Source of the DNA: Deltaproteobacteria bacterium
GTDB lineage: Bacteria; Desulfobacterota; Desulfobulbia; Desulfobulbales; S012-135
DNA length: 53,962 bases
Assembly (NCBI GenBank): GCA_015488275.1
Contig: WFOD01000015.1
Span: 1 to 53,962, forward strand
Direction: 5' to 3'
Shown here piece after piece: positions 9,503 to 18,704 of this stretch. Positions within the stretch are counted from its first letter, which is position 1. The number at the start of each line of letters is the position of its first letter. The position numbers were made by a program, and so were the translations under genes. The notes under the pieces are model-generated. The model made no database searches. It saw only the letters and a program-made list of their open reading frames with translations, and had not been told where the DNA came from.

Positions 9503-10579
9503 CTATCTCCCAAGGACCGTATCGAGCGCGGCGGCGTCCACCGCATCGGTCATGAAGACTTCGCCAATGGCGCGCGGCAGCACGAAAACCGGCCGGCCGG
9601 AAACCGTTTTTTTATCGGTGAGCAAGAAACGGCGGAGCACTGCAGGATCGTAGCCAGGAGGAATCGCTGTCGGCAGGCCGTAGGCAGCAAGCAGGGCGAT
9701 CAACCGGTCGCGATCCCCAGGCGGCAACACGCCCATGAGCGCGGCCAGGCGGGCCACGGCCGCCATGCCGATGGCCACGGCCATGCCGTGCGCCAACCGG
9801 TAGCCCGAGGCGGCCTCCACCGCATGGCCAATGGTGTGGCCAAAGTTGAGGATGCGCCGGACATCTCCCTCCCGCTCATCCTGCGCCACCACCTCGGCCT
9901 TGATGGCGCACGACCGGGCAATGATCGTCTCCAGGGTCTTGGGATCGAGGCCCAGGACCGCCTGGCGGTGGCTCTCGAGATAGGCGAAGAAATCAGGATC
10001 GCGGATCACCCCGTACTTGATGACCTCGGCAAGCCCCCCCAGCAATTCGGCACGCGGCAGAGAGGCCAGAACGCGGGGATCGATATACACCGCCCGCGGC
10101 TGATAGAAAGCGCCCACCAAGTTTTTACCCTCAGGAATATCCACGCCCGTCTTGCCGCCCACCGAGCTGTCCACCTGGGCCAACAAGGTGGTGGGCAGCT
10201 GGGCAAACGCAATACCCCGCATATAGATCGCGGCCACAAAGCCGGTGATATCGCCGGTCACGCCGCCGCCCAGGGCCAGTAAGCCATCCTTGCGGTCAAA
10301 ACCGCGGACCGCCAGTTGCCGGCAGAGATGCTCTACCGTGCCAAGGTGCTTCTGTTCCTCGCCAGCGGCAAAGGACAAAAGCTCCACGGCCAATCCCGCC
10401 TGCCGGCATGAGGCCAGCACCTGCTCGGCAAACAGCTCGGCCACCCGGTCGTCGGCGATCACGGCGTAACGCTTGGCCAGCGGCCGGGCCCCAAGCAGGG
10501 GACCAACCTCATCGAGGATCCCCGGCCGGATGACAATGGGGTACGAGCGCTCTCCCAGGCCAACGGTTAACTCCTGCAT
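9503..10579 (-). CDS. aroB: 3-dehydroquinate synthase
   Basis: Full-length match to the AroB family (GGGVTGDITGF, NFGHTIGHAVE). ATG 10579 is preceded by GAGGAAGG. Confidence 0.9.
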   Translation of the reverse strand: MQELTVGLGERSYPIVIRPGILDEVGPLLGARPLAKRYAVIADDRVAELFAEQVLASCRQAGLAVELLSFAAGEEQKHLGTVEHLCRQLAVRGFDRKDGLLALGGGVTGDITGFVAAIYMRGIAFAQLPTTLLAQVDSSVGGKTGVDIPEGKNLVGAFYQPRAVYIDPRVLASLPRAELLGGLAEVIKYGVIRDPDFFAYLESHRQAVLGLDPKTLETIIARSCAIKAEVVAQDEREGDVRRILNFGHTIGHAVEAASGYRLAHGMAVAIGMAAVARLAALMGVLPPGDRDRLIALLAAYGLPTAIPPGYDPAVLRRFLLTDKKTVSGRPVFVLPRAIGEVFMTDAVDAAALDTVLGR

Positions 10580-10614
10580 GATCCTTCCTCAAAAAACCTG
10601 TAACCAGATACCCT

Positions 10615-10652
10615 CAAAACACAAAAGGGGCACCGGCAAAACCGGCACCCCT
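10615..10652 (-). terminator. Possible intrinsic terminator after sat
   Basis: On the minus strand, ggggtgccgg-tttt-gccggtgcccc forms an imperfect stem (4+4 bp with a 2x2 internal mismatch) followed by ttttgtgttttg. Confidence 0.4.
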
Positions 10653-10686
10653 GCTCGATACAAAGCGACACGCAGTCGGCTGGCGC

Positions 10687-11967
10687 TTACTTCATCGCGT
10701 CGCCTGAAGCCGCGCCCTGCATCTTGATCTCGACCTTTTCGGTCAGGTTCTCGTAGTAGTCGCGCAGGATGGCGAGCACCTCGTCGCGGCCGAAGTGGTC
10801 CGGGATCTCGGCGCCCTCGGACAGGGCCTTGCGCAGCTTGGTGCCGGAGAGGATGACCCGGTCTTCCTTGGTGTGCGGACAGGTCCGCAGCGAAGCCATG
10901 CCGTCGCACTTGTAGCAGTAGAAGGTCCAGTCGATCTTCAGCGGCTCGCAGAGCAGGCGCTTGCCCGGATCGGCGGGCTGCGGGATGCGGTCGAAGATCT
11001 CCTGCGCCTCGAACAGGCCGTAGAAATCGCCGACACCGGCGTGGTCACGGCCAATGATCATCCGGTTGACGCCGTAGTTCTGACGGAAGGTGGCGTGGAG
11101 CAGGGCCTCCCGCGGACCAGCGTAGCGCATGTCGAGCGGGTAGCCAGCCTGGATGACGTTGTCCTTGACAAAGTAGTGCTCGATCAGGGTATCAATACAC
11201 TTGACCCGCACGTCGGCCGGGATGTCGCCCGGCTTCAGGGAGCCGATGAGGGAGTGGATCAGCACGCCGTCGCAGACCTCGATGGCGATCTTGGCCAGGA
11301 ACTCATGCGACCGGTGCATCGGGTTGCGGAGCTGGAGGGCGGCGACGTTCTTCCAGCCGCGCTCCTCGAACATGGCCCGGACCTCGGTCGGGGTCTTGTA
11401 GATGCCCTTGAACTTGGTGGGGAAGTCACCCTCGGACAGGACCTTGACCGGGCCGGCGAGGTTGAACTCCTTCTGGCCCATCACCATCTGGACGCCGGGA
11501 TGATCGTCCAGGGCGACCTTCCAGAATTTGTCGTCAGCCGAATCCTCGCCCTCGCCCTTGAAGACCTTCTCACATTCCCACTTCTTGTCGGCCTCGGTCA
11601 TCTCATACTTCTCCGAGACCTTCATGGTGGCGTAGATCTCACCCTCATATTCGAGCGCGATCTCGTCGCCAACGTTGATCGACTCAGCGTCCTCGCGGGA
11701 GCAATCGCAGGTCACGGGCACCGGCCAGAAGGTGCCGTCGGCCAGGGTGAAGTTCTCACACACGCTCTTCCAGTCGGCGCGGGTCATAAAGCCGTCGAGG
11801 GGGCTGAACCCGCCGATGCCGAGCATGATGAGGTCGCCCTTGACCCGGGAGCTGATCTGGATCTTCTTCAGAGTCTGGGCCTTTTCCTTTTCGGCTTCCA
11901 GTTCGTTGCCGTGCAACAGGCAGCAAACCAGGCCCTTACCTCCATGCGGGGGAACGAGTTTGGACAT
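10687..11967 (-). CDS. sat: Sulfate adenylyltransferase (ATP sulfurylase)
   Basis: ATP-sulfurylase motifs [11 protein letters not shown] and [10 protein letters not shown] are present. ATG 11967 ([10 protein letters not shown]) is preceded by AAGGAGAA. The track start 12024 is an unsupported extension. Confidence 0.92.
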   Translation of the reverse strand: MSKLVPPHGGKGLVCCLLHGNELEAEKEKAQTLKKIQISSRVKGDLIMLGIGGFSPLDGFMTRADWKSVCENFTLADGTFWPVPVTCDCSREDAESINVGDEIALEYEGEIYATMKVSEKYEMTEADKKWECEKVFKGEGEDSADDKFWKVALDDHPGVQMVMGQKEFNLAGPVKVLSEGDFPTKFKGIYKTPTEVRAMFEERGWKNVAALQLRNPMHRSHEFLAKIAIEVCDGVLIHSLIGSLKPGDIPADVRVKCIDTLIEHYFVKDNVIQAGYPLDMRYAGPREALLHATFRQNYGVNRMIIGRDHAGVGDFYGLFEAQEIFDRIPQPADPGKRLLCEPLKIDWTFYCYKCDGMASLRTCPHTKEDRVILSGTKLRKALSEGAEIPDHFGRDEVLAILRDYYENLTEKVEIKMQGAASGDAMK

Positions 11968-12062
11968 GACGCTTCTCCTTTTGTGCTGAATTTTGGTGCG
12001 GTTGGGACCAGAGGCATCGCTCAAAAAAATGAACGACCATTCACCGAGGAAAACAAGCCTGG

Positions 12063-12091
12063 ACTGTATCTATAGTACCCAACCTTGTCAA
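12063..12091 (-). promoter_or_regulatory. Candidate sigma-70 promoter for sat
   Basis: The minus strand reads TTGACA-17 nt-TACAGT (-35 at 12086-12091, -10 at 12063-12068), about 90 nt upstream of the sat ATG. Confidence 0.4.
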
Positions 12092-12127
12092 GGATTTTTT
12101 TCTCTCCGGAGAGCGGCAAAGACCGGC

Positions 12128-12168
12128 GGGGAGGAAGAGGGAGGGAAGGAAGGAAGGAAGGAAGAAGG
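12128..12168. repeat. 41-nt pure polypurine tract with GGAA repeats
   Basis: ggggaggaagagggagggaaggaaggaaggaaggaagaagg. It is pyrimidine-only on the minus strand, between the flaG stop and the sat promoter. Confidence 0.85.
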
Positions 12169-12256
12169 CGCACCTCTAGCGGCCCGCCCCCGCAGACGCG
12201 CGGCCGCGGCGGCAGAATCGGCTTCCAGTCTTGGAATCAGCCCGTTACCGCGCCCG

Positions 12257-12673
12257 TCAGGCGCTGGAATCGAAAAGCAACCCCACCAGGTCTTCGAGCT
12301 TCTTCTTCAGCTCCAGCAGGTCTTCGGGCGGAATTTGCCGGATCACTTCCCCGCTCTGCCGTTCCGAGACCTGGACCACGATGGCGCCGGCCTTTTTGTC
12401 CTGCTGGATGGCCAGTTTCAGCGAGCTGCCCAGGGATTCGAGGCGCTGCTGGGCCTCTTCCACCATCTTGGTGACCTGCTCCCGGTCGAGCCGCTGCCGG
12501 GCCGCCCGCTCGCCCCGGCCGTGCAGGGCCTTATCGTCCAGGGCCGCAGTGTTCGCGTCGGACGATTCCTTCACCGGCGCCACCTGCGGCCGGGTCCGGT
12601 CTTCAACCGCCACGGTGGGGGCCACGGGCATTCCAAAACTCTTGACATCAGCGTTGGTGTTGACATCGACCAT
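12257..12673 (-). CDS. flaG: Flagellar protein FlaG
   Basis: The C-terminal region (LKLAIQQDKKAGAIVVQVSERQSGEVIRQIPPEDLLEL) is typical of the FlaG family. ATG 12673 is preceded by GGGAGG. Confidence 0.75.
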   Translation of the reverse strand: MVDVNTNADVKSFGMPVAPTVAVEDRTRPQVAPVKESSDANTAALDDKALHGRGERAARQRLDREQVTKMVEEAQQRLESLGSSLKLAIQQDKKAGAIVVQVSERQSGEVIRQIPPEDLLELKKKLEDLVGLLFDSSA

Positions 12674-12694
12674 AACCGTACCTCCCTGTACCGG

Positions 12695-13075
12695 TCATGT
12701 GGTTGCGTGGAGGTGCCGAGGCGGCGGCGCGCCGGCAGTAGGCTGCCCCCTGTAACGGCGCAGGCACCGGCGGCCGCGCCGCAGGCCGGCCAGCCGCGCC
12801 TGGAGCCCAGTCCGGGTTTGCGCCGCCCTGCGGCTCAAATCCTGCGCCCCCCGCGCCGCTTGCAAAAAGAGGTCGAGCACCCGCCGGCGCCGGGCCTCGT
12901 CCTCTAGCGAACGGCTGGCATCGATCGTGGCCAAGCACCGTTGCACCCGGCGCAGGACCTGCTCCATCTCACCGCGCCACCGCCACAGATCATCAAGTCG
13001 GCCAGCGGCCAAGTCCCGCCGCTGCCGCTCCTGAGCGGCGAGGAGTGCGCAAAGGGCCCGTTCGAGTTCCTGCAC
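12695..13075 (-). CDS. Hypothetical coiled-coil protein, possible flagellar export chaperone (FlgN/FliT-like)
   Basis: GTG 13075 is preceded by AAGGAGAG and sits 17 nt after the fliS stop. The product is Arg/Leu/Glu-rich and helical, in a flagellar operon. The longer track ORF (to 13267) would overlap fliS. Confidence 0.4.
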   Translation of the reverse strand: MQELERALCALLAAQERQRRDLAAGRLDDLWRWRGEMEQVLRRVQRCLATIDASRSLEDEARRRRVLDLFLQAARGAQDLSRRAAQTRTGLQARLAGLRRGRRCLRRYRGQPTAGAPPPRHLHATT

Positions 13076-13091
13076 AAGGCTCTCCTTTGCC

Positions 13092-13568
13092 TCAAATGGA
13101 AACGGACAGGCCGCCGGCCGTCCGCTCCGGCGGCGAGGTGGTCTTGGCAGCCACTGGCTGGGAAACCCCTCGCTCCTCCACGGAAAAGCCATGCTCACGC
13201 ATGGCGGTCTGTTCCCAGATCTCTTTGAGCTTTGCCAGATAACGGCGGGCCCGGCGGACGACCTCACCGTCGTTGTTCACCGCCACCTTTGGCAGCTCCA
13301 CCAAAATGGCCGAATACAGTCCCCGCAGGAACTCCGCCGCCTCAGAGGCATCTTCTTTCCGGATCGAGGCGTTCAGCTCGGTGACAATGGCGATGGCCCG
13401 CCCAAGGTTCTCGCCCCGCTTCACCGGATCGTGCTCCTCCACCCCCTCCAAGACCAAATCGAGGTGGATGAGCACCCGTTCGTACATCAGGTGGACGAGC
13501 TTGACCGGATGAATGGTCGCCAGCTTCTCGGTCTGGCGATAGATGTTCCGCGCCTGCACGGACGTCAT
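13092..13568 (-). CDS. fliS: Flagellar export chaperone FliS
   Basis: FliS-like core (YRQTEKLATIHPVKLVHLMYERVL..GRAIAIVTELNASI). ATG 13568 is preceded by GGAGGAA, 21 nt after the fliD stop. Confidence 0.85.
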   Translation of the reverse strand: MTSVQARNIYRQTEKLATIHPVKLVHLMYERVLIHLDLVLEGVEEHDPVKRGENLGRAIAIVTELNASIRKEDASEAAEFLRGLYSAILVELPKVAVNNDGEVVRRARRYLAKLKEIWEQTAMREHGFSVEERGVSQPVAAKTTSPPERTAGGLSVSI

Positions 13569-13588
13569 GTACGGTTCCTCCGCTGGCG

Positions 13589-15310
13589 TTACTTTTTCCC
13601 GCCCCACATGGATGAGAGCGAATCGAACTGGCTGGACAAAAAGTTGGACATCGATGTCATTTGATTCATGTATCGGTCAAGCTCGATGAATTGTTTAGTC
13701 AAGAGTTCATACTTTTTGTCGAGCCGTTCGGTCTGCGCCGCGATCTCAGCCTCCAGGTCGCTGATACGGGCGTCGGCCGCATCCTTTTCCGCATCCACCT
13801 GCCCATCGGCCGCCAGCAGGGTGCGCAGCCGCTCGTTGACCCGATCGGCAAAGCCGGTGACGCCCGCATCGTCATCGCCAAGAAAGAACGCCTGCACGCC
13901 GCTGCGGTAGTTCTGAATGGCCGAGGAAAGGCTATCGGCGTCGATGGTGATGGTGCCGTCCCGGTTGAACTCCAGGCCGAGGTCGAACAAGGTCTGGATA
14001 TTGCCGTCGCTGTCCGCTGTCACCTGTTGGGTCATCAGGTTTTGCAGGTCGTAGGGGAGATCGCGCAGGGTGGTGGACGCCAGCACGCCGAACTTCTCCT
14101 CTTCGTCGTCCCAGGCCACGTTGGTCTGGATCTCCTGCACCACGTCGTTGTACGCCTCCACCAGTTCGGTGATCATGGTTTGCAGCGTATCGTCGTCTGC
14201 GCTCACCGAGAGCGACGAGGTGCCCGTGCCCTGCAGGGTGATGGTCACGCCGGAGATCACGTCGTTGAACGAATTCGATTGGCGCTGATAGCTGATCCCG
14301 TCCACGGTGAACTGGGCGTTGAGCGAGCTGCCCCCGCTGCCCGCCTGTTCGGCAAGCGGCATGTCGGGCAGTTGGGTGAGCAGGGAGATGCGGTAGTCCT
14401 CACCGGTCTCGTCCGCCTGGAGCACCAGCCGGTAGGGACTCGTGGTGCCGTCGTCGATGATCGACGCGGTGATGCCCGGATTGTCGGTGTCGTCGTTGAT
14501 AAGATCGACGAACTGCTGGAGGGTGGTGTCGGCGGCCACGTCCACGGTGACCGTGGTGTCGCCCACCTGATAGGCAAAGGTCTTGTCCGGCGCCGACAGG
14601 GTGAGGTCGGTGTCGTTGGAGGTGATCGTCACCCGGTTCGCCTCACCGGTCCCCCCCGAGGTATCGGTCTCGATCCGCAAGTAATACAGCCCGTCACGCA
14701 CAAACGTCGAGGCGGTGACCAGCCGGCCGTTGTCGCCCGAGCCAACGTTTTCGCTATCCGTGTTGATGGCGTTCACCAGGTCGTTCATCGTCGTGACCCC
14801 AGCGGTGGGCCCCACGTCCACCGTGATGGTGGAGGAGCCGCCAAAGGTGATCACCAGGGTGCCATCGGTGGAGGCCACCGTATCGGCGGCGGGATCGGCA
14901 ACGCCGGACGACGACTCCACGCTCGTGGGCACATAAACGATGGCGTCGGTGGAGGAAGCGCCGGAAGAGGCCATCCACGAACTCTTTTGGGCCAGGGCCG
15001 AAACCACGATGGTGGCGCTCTGCTCCGACGCACCGTCGATCACCGTGGCGGTGAGCACGTCCTCGTCCGATGAGGTCACCGTGCGGCTCAAGAACGACGA
15101 GGAGAGCGAAAGGTCCAGGGCCTTGCTCTTTAAAGTGTAGAGCTTGTTCTCGACCGCCGAGATCTCGGTGAGCTGGTCTTGGTATTCAGTGATCTGCTCC
15201 TGCTTCGGCGCGATGATCGCCTCGTCGTCCACCTCGCGCAACTGATCGAGGATATCTTGCAGCTGCAGCCCTGAGCCAATACCGATGGAAGAAATGGTGC
15301 CCGTACCCAT
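13589..15310 (-). CDS. fliD: Flagellar filament cap protein FliD (hook-associated protein 2)
   Basis: The N-terminal ISSIGIGSGLQLQDILDQL and C-terminal YELLTKQFIELDRYMNQMTS are typical FliD segments. I prefer ATG 15310 over GTG 15337. Confidence 0.88.
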   Translation of the reverse strand: MGTGTISSIGIGSGLQLQDILDQLREVDDEAIIAPKQEQITEYQDQLTEISAVENKLYTLKSKALDLSLSSSFLSRTVTSSDEDVLTATVIDGASEQSATIVVSALAQKSSWMASSGASSTDAIVYVPTSVESSSGVADPAADTVASTDGTLVITFGGSSTITVDVGPTAGVTTMNDLVNAINTDSENVGSGDNGRLVTASTFVRDGLYYLRIETDTSGGTGEANRVTITSNDTDLTLSAPDKTFAYQVGDTTVTVDVAADTTLQQFVDLINDDTDNPGITASIIDDGTTSPYRLVLQADETGEDYRISLLTQLPDMPLAEQAGSGGSSLNAQFTVDGISYQRQSNSFNDVISGVTITLQGTGTSSLSVSADDDTLQTMITELVEAYNDVVQEIQTNVAWDDEEEKFGVLASTTLRDLPYDLQNLMTQQVTADSDGNIQTLFDLGLEFNRDGTITIDADSLSSAIQNYRSGVQAFFLGDDDAGVTGFADRVNERLRTLLAADGQVDAEKDAADARISDLEAEIAAQTERLDKKYELLTKQFIELDRYMNQMTSMSNFLSSQFDSLSSMWGGKK

Positions 15311-15363
15311 GATCGGACCTCTCGACAGCAAAGACACTTTACCTGCTCATCGTCCATTGTACC

Positions 15364-15391
15364 TTATCGGCCCTCTGCGCCGGCGACTTGA
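15364..15391 (-). promoter_or_regulatory. Candidate sigma-28 (FliA) promoter for fliD-fliS-flaG
   Basis: The minus strand reads tCAAGt-N15-GCCGATAA (perfect -10 box at 15364-15371), about 55 nt upstream of the fliD ATG. Confidence 0.5.
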
Positions 15392-15479
15392 GAGAAAAAA
15401 GCCTCTTTCCCCATCCTGCCAAACCGCACCAATCCCCTCTCCCCGGCATTGAGTTTTCCGCCCGCCTCGTTTATCGTAG

Positions 15480-15506
15480 TTGGTCACAGGGTATCCCCGT
15501 GACCAA
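15480..15506. repeat. GGTCAC-RGGG family repeat, compact hairpin form
   Basis: TTGGTCAC-agggtatcccc-GTGACCAA, 22 nt upstream of the phosphoesterase ATG. Confidence 0.7.
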
Positions 15507-15528
15507 CTAGCGTTTATCATTGCCATCT

Positions 15529-16065
15529 ATGCCAGAATCCGCCCCACGCACCACTATCGGCATCCTCTCCGACACCCATTTGCGGGAGCCGACCGAGACC
15601 TTTCGCCAGCTCGTGGCCGTCTGCTTTCAAGAGGCAGATCTCATCCTCCACGCCGGCGACCTGGTGGACGACCGCATCCTGACCGCCTTTGACGGCAAGG
15701 CCGTGCACGCGGTGCACGGCAACATGTGCCTGCCCGCCACCCGTCACCGCCTGCCCCGGAAAACGGTGATCGAGGTGAACGGCGTTGCCATTGGCGTTGT
15801 CCACCGCGCTGGTTATTCCTACGATTTCGAGGAGCTGCTGCCAGGCGAATTCGACCGTCTGGTTCAATGCATCGTCTACGGCCACACCCACCGCCCGGCC
15901 TGCCATCGCCGCGACGGCATCCTGTTCATCAATCCCGGTCACTTTCTGCCAACCAGCCCTTACGGCGCTAGCGGCACCTATGCCCTGCTCACCGTGGGCC
16001 GCCAACTCACCGGCCGCATCCTGCCCACCCCCACCCTTGCCGACGCTGGGAGGAAGGCACGATGA
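15529..16065 (+). CDS. YfcE/MJ0936-family metallophosphoesterase
   Basis: Motifs ILSDTH, HAGDLVD, VHGNMC and YGHTHRP are present. The stop overlaps the mutS start (ATGA). Confidence 0.8.
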   Translation: MPESAPRTTIGILSDTHLREPTETFRQLVAVCFQEADLILHAGDLVDDRILTAFDGKAVHAVHGNMCLPATRHRLPRKTVIEVNGVAIGVVHRAGYSYDFEELLPGEFDRLVQCIVYGHTHRPACHRRDGILFINPGHFLPTSPYGASGTYALLTVGRQLTGRILPTPTLADAGRKAR

Positions 16066-18704
16066 GCCGGCCGTCCAAGGCCGCCAAGCTGACCCCCATG
16101 CTCCAGCACTACCTAGAGGTCAAGGAGCAGTATCCTGGCACCATTCTCTTCTACCGCCTCGGCGACTTCTACGAGATGTTTTTTGAAGACGCCGAGCTCG
16201 CCTCCCGGGTGCTGGGCCTCACCCTCACCTCGCGCAGCAGCAAGAACGATCCAGTGCGCGTGCCCATGTGCGGTGTGCCGCATCACGCCGCGGCCAGCTA
16301 TCTCGCCAAACTGGTGAACGCCGGCTACCGGGTGGCGGTGTGCGAGCAGGTGGAGGACCCCAAGACCGCCAAGGGGATGGTGCAACGGGAAGTGGTCAAG
16401 GTGGTGACCCCTGGCCTGGTGACCGAAGACCAGGTGCTCGACGACAAGAGCAACCGCTACGTGGCCGCGGCCCAACGGTTCCGGGAGCGGTGGGGGCTCG
16501 CCTTTCTCGATCTGTCCACAGGCGAGTTTTTGGTCACCGAATGCGCCAGCGACGACGAAGCGGCAGATGAACTCCACCGGATGCAACCCTCAGAGCTGGT
16601 GTACGCCGAAGGCGAGGACGAACAACGCATCGGCCGCCTCCTCGGCCCCAGCGGCCAGGACCTGTGCCGCACCCCGAGGCCGGACAGCGAGTTCGACCTG
16701 GAGCTTGCCCGCGCCACCTTGTGCGAACATTTCCAAACCGCGAGCCTGGCCGGCTTTGGCTGCGACGATCTCACGGCGGCCGTGGCCGCGGCCGGCGGCC
16801 TGTTACGCTACATCATCGAGACGCAAAAACGCGCGCTGGGCCATATCGAACGGCTCGCCCGCCTGGACCGGGGCGCCTACCTGCTCATTGACGACGCCTC
16901 CCGCCGCAACCTGGAAATCACCCAAACGATCGTCGGCGGCCAGCGGCAGGGCTCCCTCCTTTCCTGCCTCGACCAAACCTGCACGCCAATGGGGGCCCGT
17001 TTTCTCAAACGCGCCCTCCTCTTTCCCTTGCGGGAGGTGACAGCGATCAACCTGCGGCTCGATACCGTGGCGGCGTTGACGGCCGACGCCGGCCTCCGCG
17101 AGGACCTGCGCCACCTGCTCGCCGGGGTTTACGACCTCGAGCGCCTCAACAGCCGGGTGGTGCTGGGCAGCGCCAACGCCCGCGATCTCACCGCTTTACG
17201 AGTCTCTCTCGGCCGCTTGCCCCCCATCAAAGACCTCCTCGTATCCACCAGCGGCCTGTTGGCGGATCTGGCCAACGGTCTCGATCCATTGGCCGATATC
17301 CACGACTTGCTTGCGCGGGCGATACACGAGGAAGCGCCGGTGGGCCTGCGGGACGGCGGCCTCATCCGGCCGGGCTACAGCGCTGAACTCGACGAACTGC
17401 TCCATCTCTTGCGGGACGGCAAGGATCTCATCGCCGGCCTGGAGGCAAAGGAGCGGGAAAAATCGGGAATCGCCAACCTGAAGATCGGCTACAACAAGGT
17501 GTTCGGCTACTACTTCGAGGTCAGCAAGGCGCAGCAGGCCAAGGTGCCCGACTACTTCATCCGCAAACAGACCCTGGTGAACGCCGAACGCTACATCACG
17601 CCTGAACTCAAGGAGTTCGAGCAAAAGGTGCTGGGCGCGGAGGAGAAGCGCCTGGCCCTCGAGTACGAACTCTTTTGCGAGATCCGCCGCACCGTGGCCG
17701 CCGCCTCTTCCCGTATTCTGGCCGCCGCCAGCGTGATCGCCCAGCTCGACTTCTTCGCCTGCCTGGCCGAAGTGGCGGAAACGCACCGCTACGTCCGGCC
17801 GGAGGTGACCGAAGGCGACGAAATCATGATCGAGGAAGGCCGCCACCCGGTAATCGAGCGGAGCCTGCCGCCCGGCCGCTTCGTACCCAACGACATCCGG
17901 TTGGACCAAGAGCGGCAAGAGGTGCTCATCATCACTGGCCCCAACATGGCCGGCAAGTCCACGGTGCTCCGCCAGACCGCGCTCATCGTGCTCATGGCGC
18001 AGGCCGGTTGCTTTGTGCCGGCGAAAAAGGCGGTGATCGGCGTGGTGGACCGGATCTTCACCCGCGTCGGCGCCATGGACGACTTGCGCCGCGCCCAGTC
18101 CACTTTTATGGTGGAAATGCACGAAACGGCGAACATCTGCAACAACGCCACGCCAAGGTCCCTGGTGATCCTGGACGAAATCGGCCGCGGCACCAGCACC
18201 TACGACGGCCTGGCCATCGCCTGGGCCGTGGCCGAGGAGTTGGCCGACCGGGACGGCAAGGGTGTCAAGACCCTGTTCGCCACCCACTACCATGAGCTGA
18301 CCGACCTGGCCAACTGCCACCCGCGAATCACAAACTACAACATCGCCGTGCGGGAGTGGAACGACCAGATCATCTTCCTCCACAAGTTGGTGCCCGGCGC
18401 CACCAACCGCAGCTACGGCATCCAGGTGGCGGCCCTGGCCGGCGTGCCGCCGCGGGTGGTCAAGCGGGCCCAGGAGCTGCTGGCCAATATCGAGGCCGGA
18501 GAGTTCGACCGCTACGGCGCGCCGCGCATCGCAGGCCGGCGCGCCGAGCCAGAGGCGCACCATCCCCGGCCAAGCCAACTCACCCTGTTCGAGGCGCGGG
18601 AGCATCCAGTGGTGGAACGGCTGCGCACGATCGAGCCGGACCGCCTCACACCGCTCGAGGCCCTTACCCTGCTCTACGAACTCAAAGGACTGGCCGCAAG
18701 ATGA
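16062..18704 (+). CDS. mutS: DNA mismatch repair protein MutS
   Basis: N-terminal TPMLQHYLEVKEQYPGTILFYRLGDFYEMF, Walker A GPNMAGKST, and ILDEIGRGTSTYDG. The RBS is GGGAGGAAGG. Confidence 0.95.
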   Translation: MSRPSKAAKLTPMLQHYLEVKEQYPGTILFYRLGDFYEMFFEDAELASRVLGLTLTSRSSKNDPVRVPMCGVPHHAAASYLAKLVNAGYRVAVCEQVEDPKTAKGMVQREVVKVVTPGLVTEDQVLDDKSNRYVAAAQRFRERWGLAFLDLSTGEFLVTECASDDEAADELHRMQPSELVYAEGEDEQRIGRLLGPSGQDLCRTPRPDSEFDLELARATLCEHFQTASLAGFGCDDLTAAVAAAGGLLRYIIETQKRALGHIERLARLDRGAYLLIDDASRRNLEITQTIVGGQRQGSLLSCLDQTCTPMGARFLKRALLFPLREVTAINLRLDTVAALTADAGLREDLRHLLAGVYDLERLNSRVVLGSANARDLTALRVSLGRLPPIKDLLVSTSGLLADLANGLDPLADIHDLLARAIHEEAPVGLRDGGLIRPGYSAELDELLHLLRDGKDLIAGLEAKEREKSGIANLKIGYNKVFGYYFEVSKAQQAKVPDYFIRKQTLVNAERYITPELKEFEQKVLGAEEKRLALEYELFCEIRRTVAAASSRILAAASVIAQLDFFACLAEVAETHRYVRPEVTEGDEIMIEEGRHPVIERSLPPGRFVPNDIRLDQERQEVLIITGPNMAGKSTVLRQTALIVLMAQAGCFVPAKKAVIGVVDRIFTRVGAMDDLRRAQSTFMVEMHETANICNNATPRSLVILDEIGRGTSTYDGLAIAWAVAEELADRDGKGVKTLFATHYHELTDLANCHPRITNYNIAVREWNDQIIFLHKLVPGATNRSYGIQVAALAGVPPRVVKRAQELLANIEAGEFDRYGAPRIAGRRAEPEAHHPRPSQLTLFEAREHPVVERLRTIEPDRLTPLEALTLLYELKGLAAR

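Noticed and set aside
12695-13267. 190-aa version of the ORF downstream of fliS
   Set aside because: Its first 64 codons overlap the 3' end of fliS in another frame. An internal GTG with AAGGAGAG lying just after the fliS stop gives a more plausible 126-aa product.
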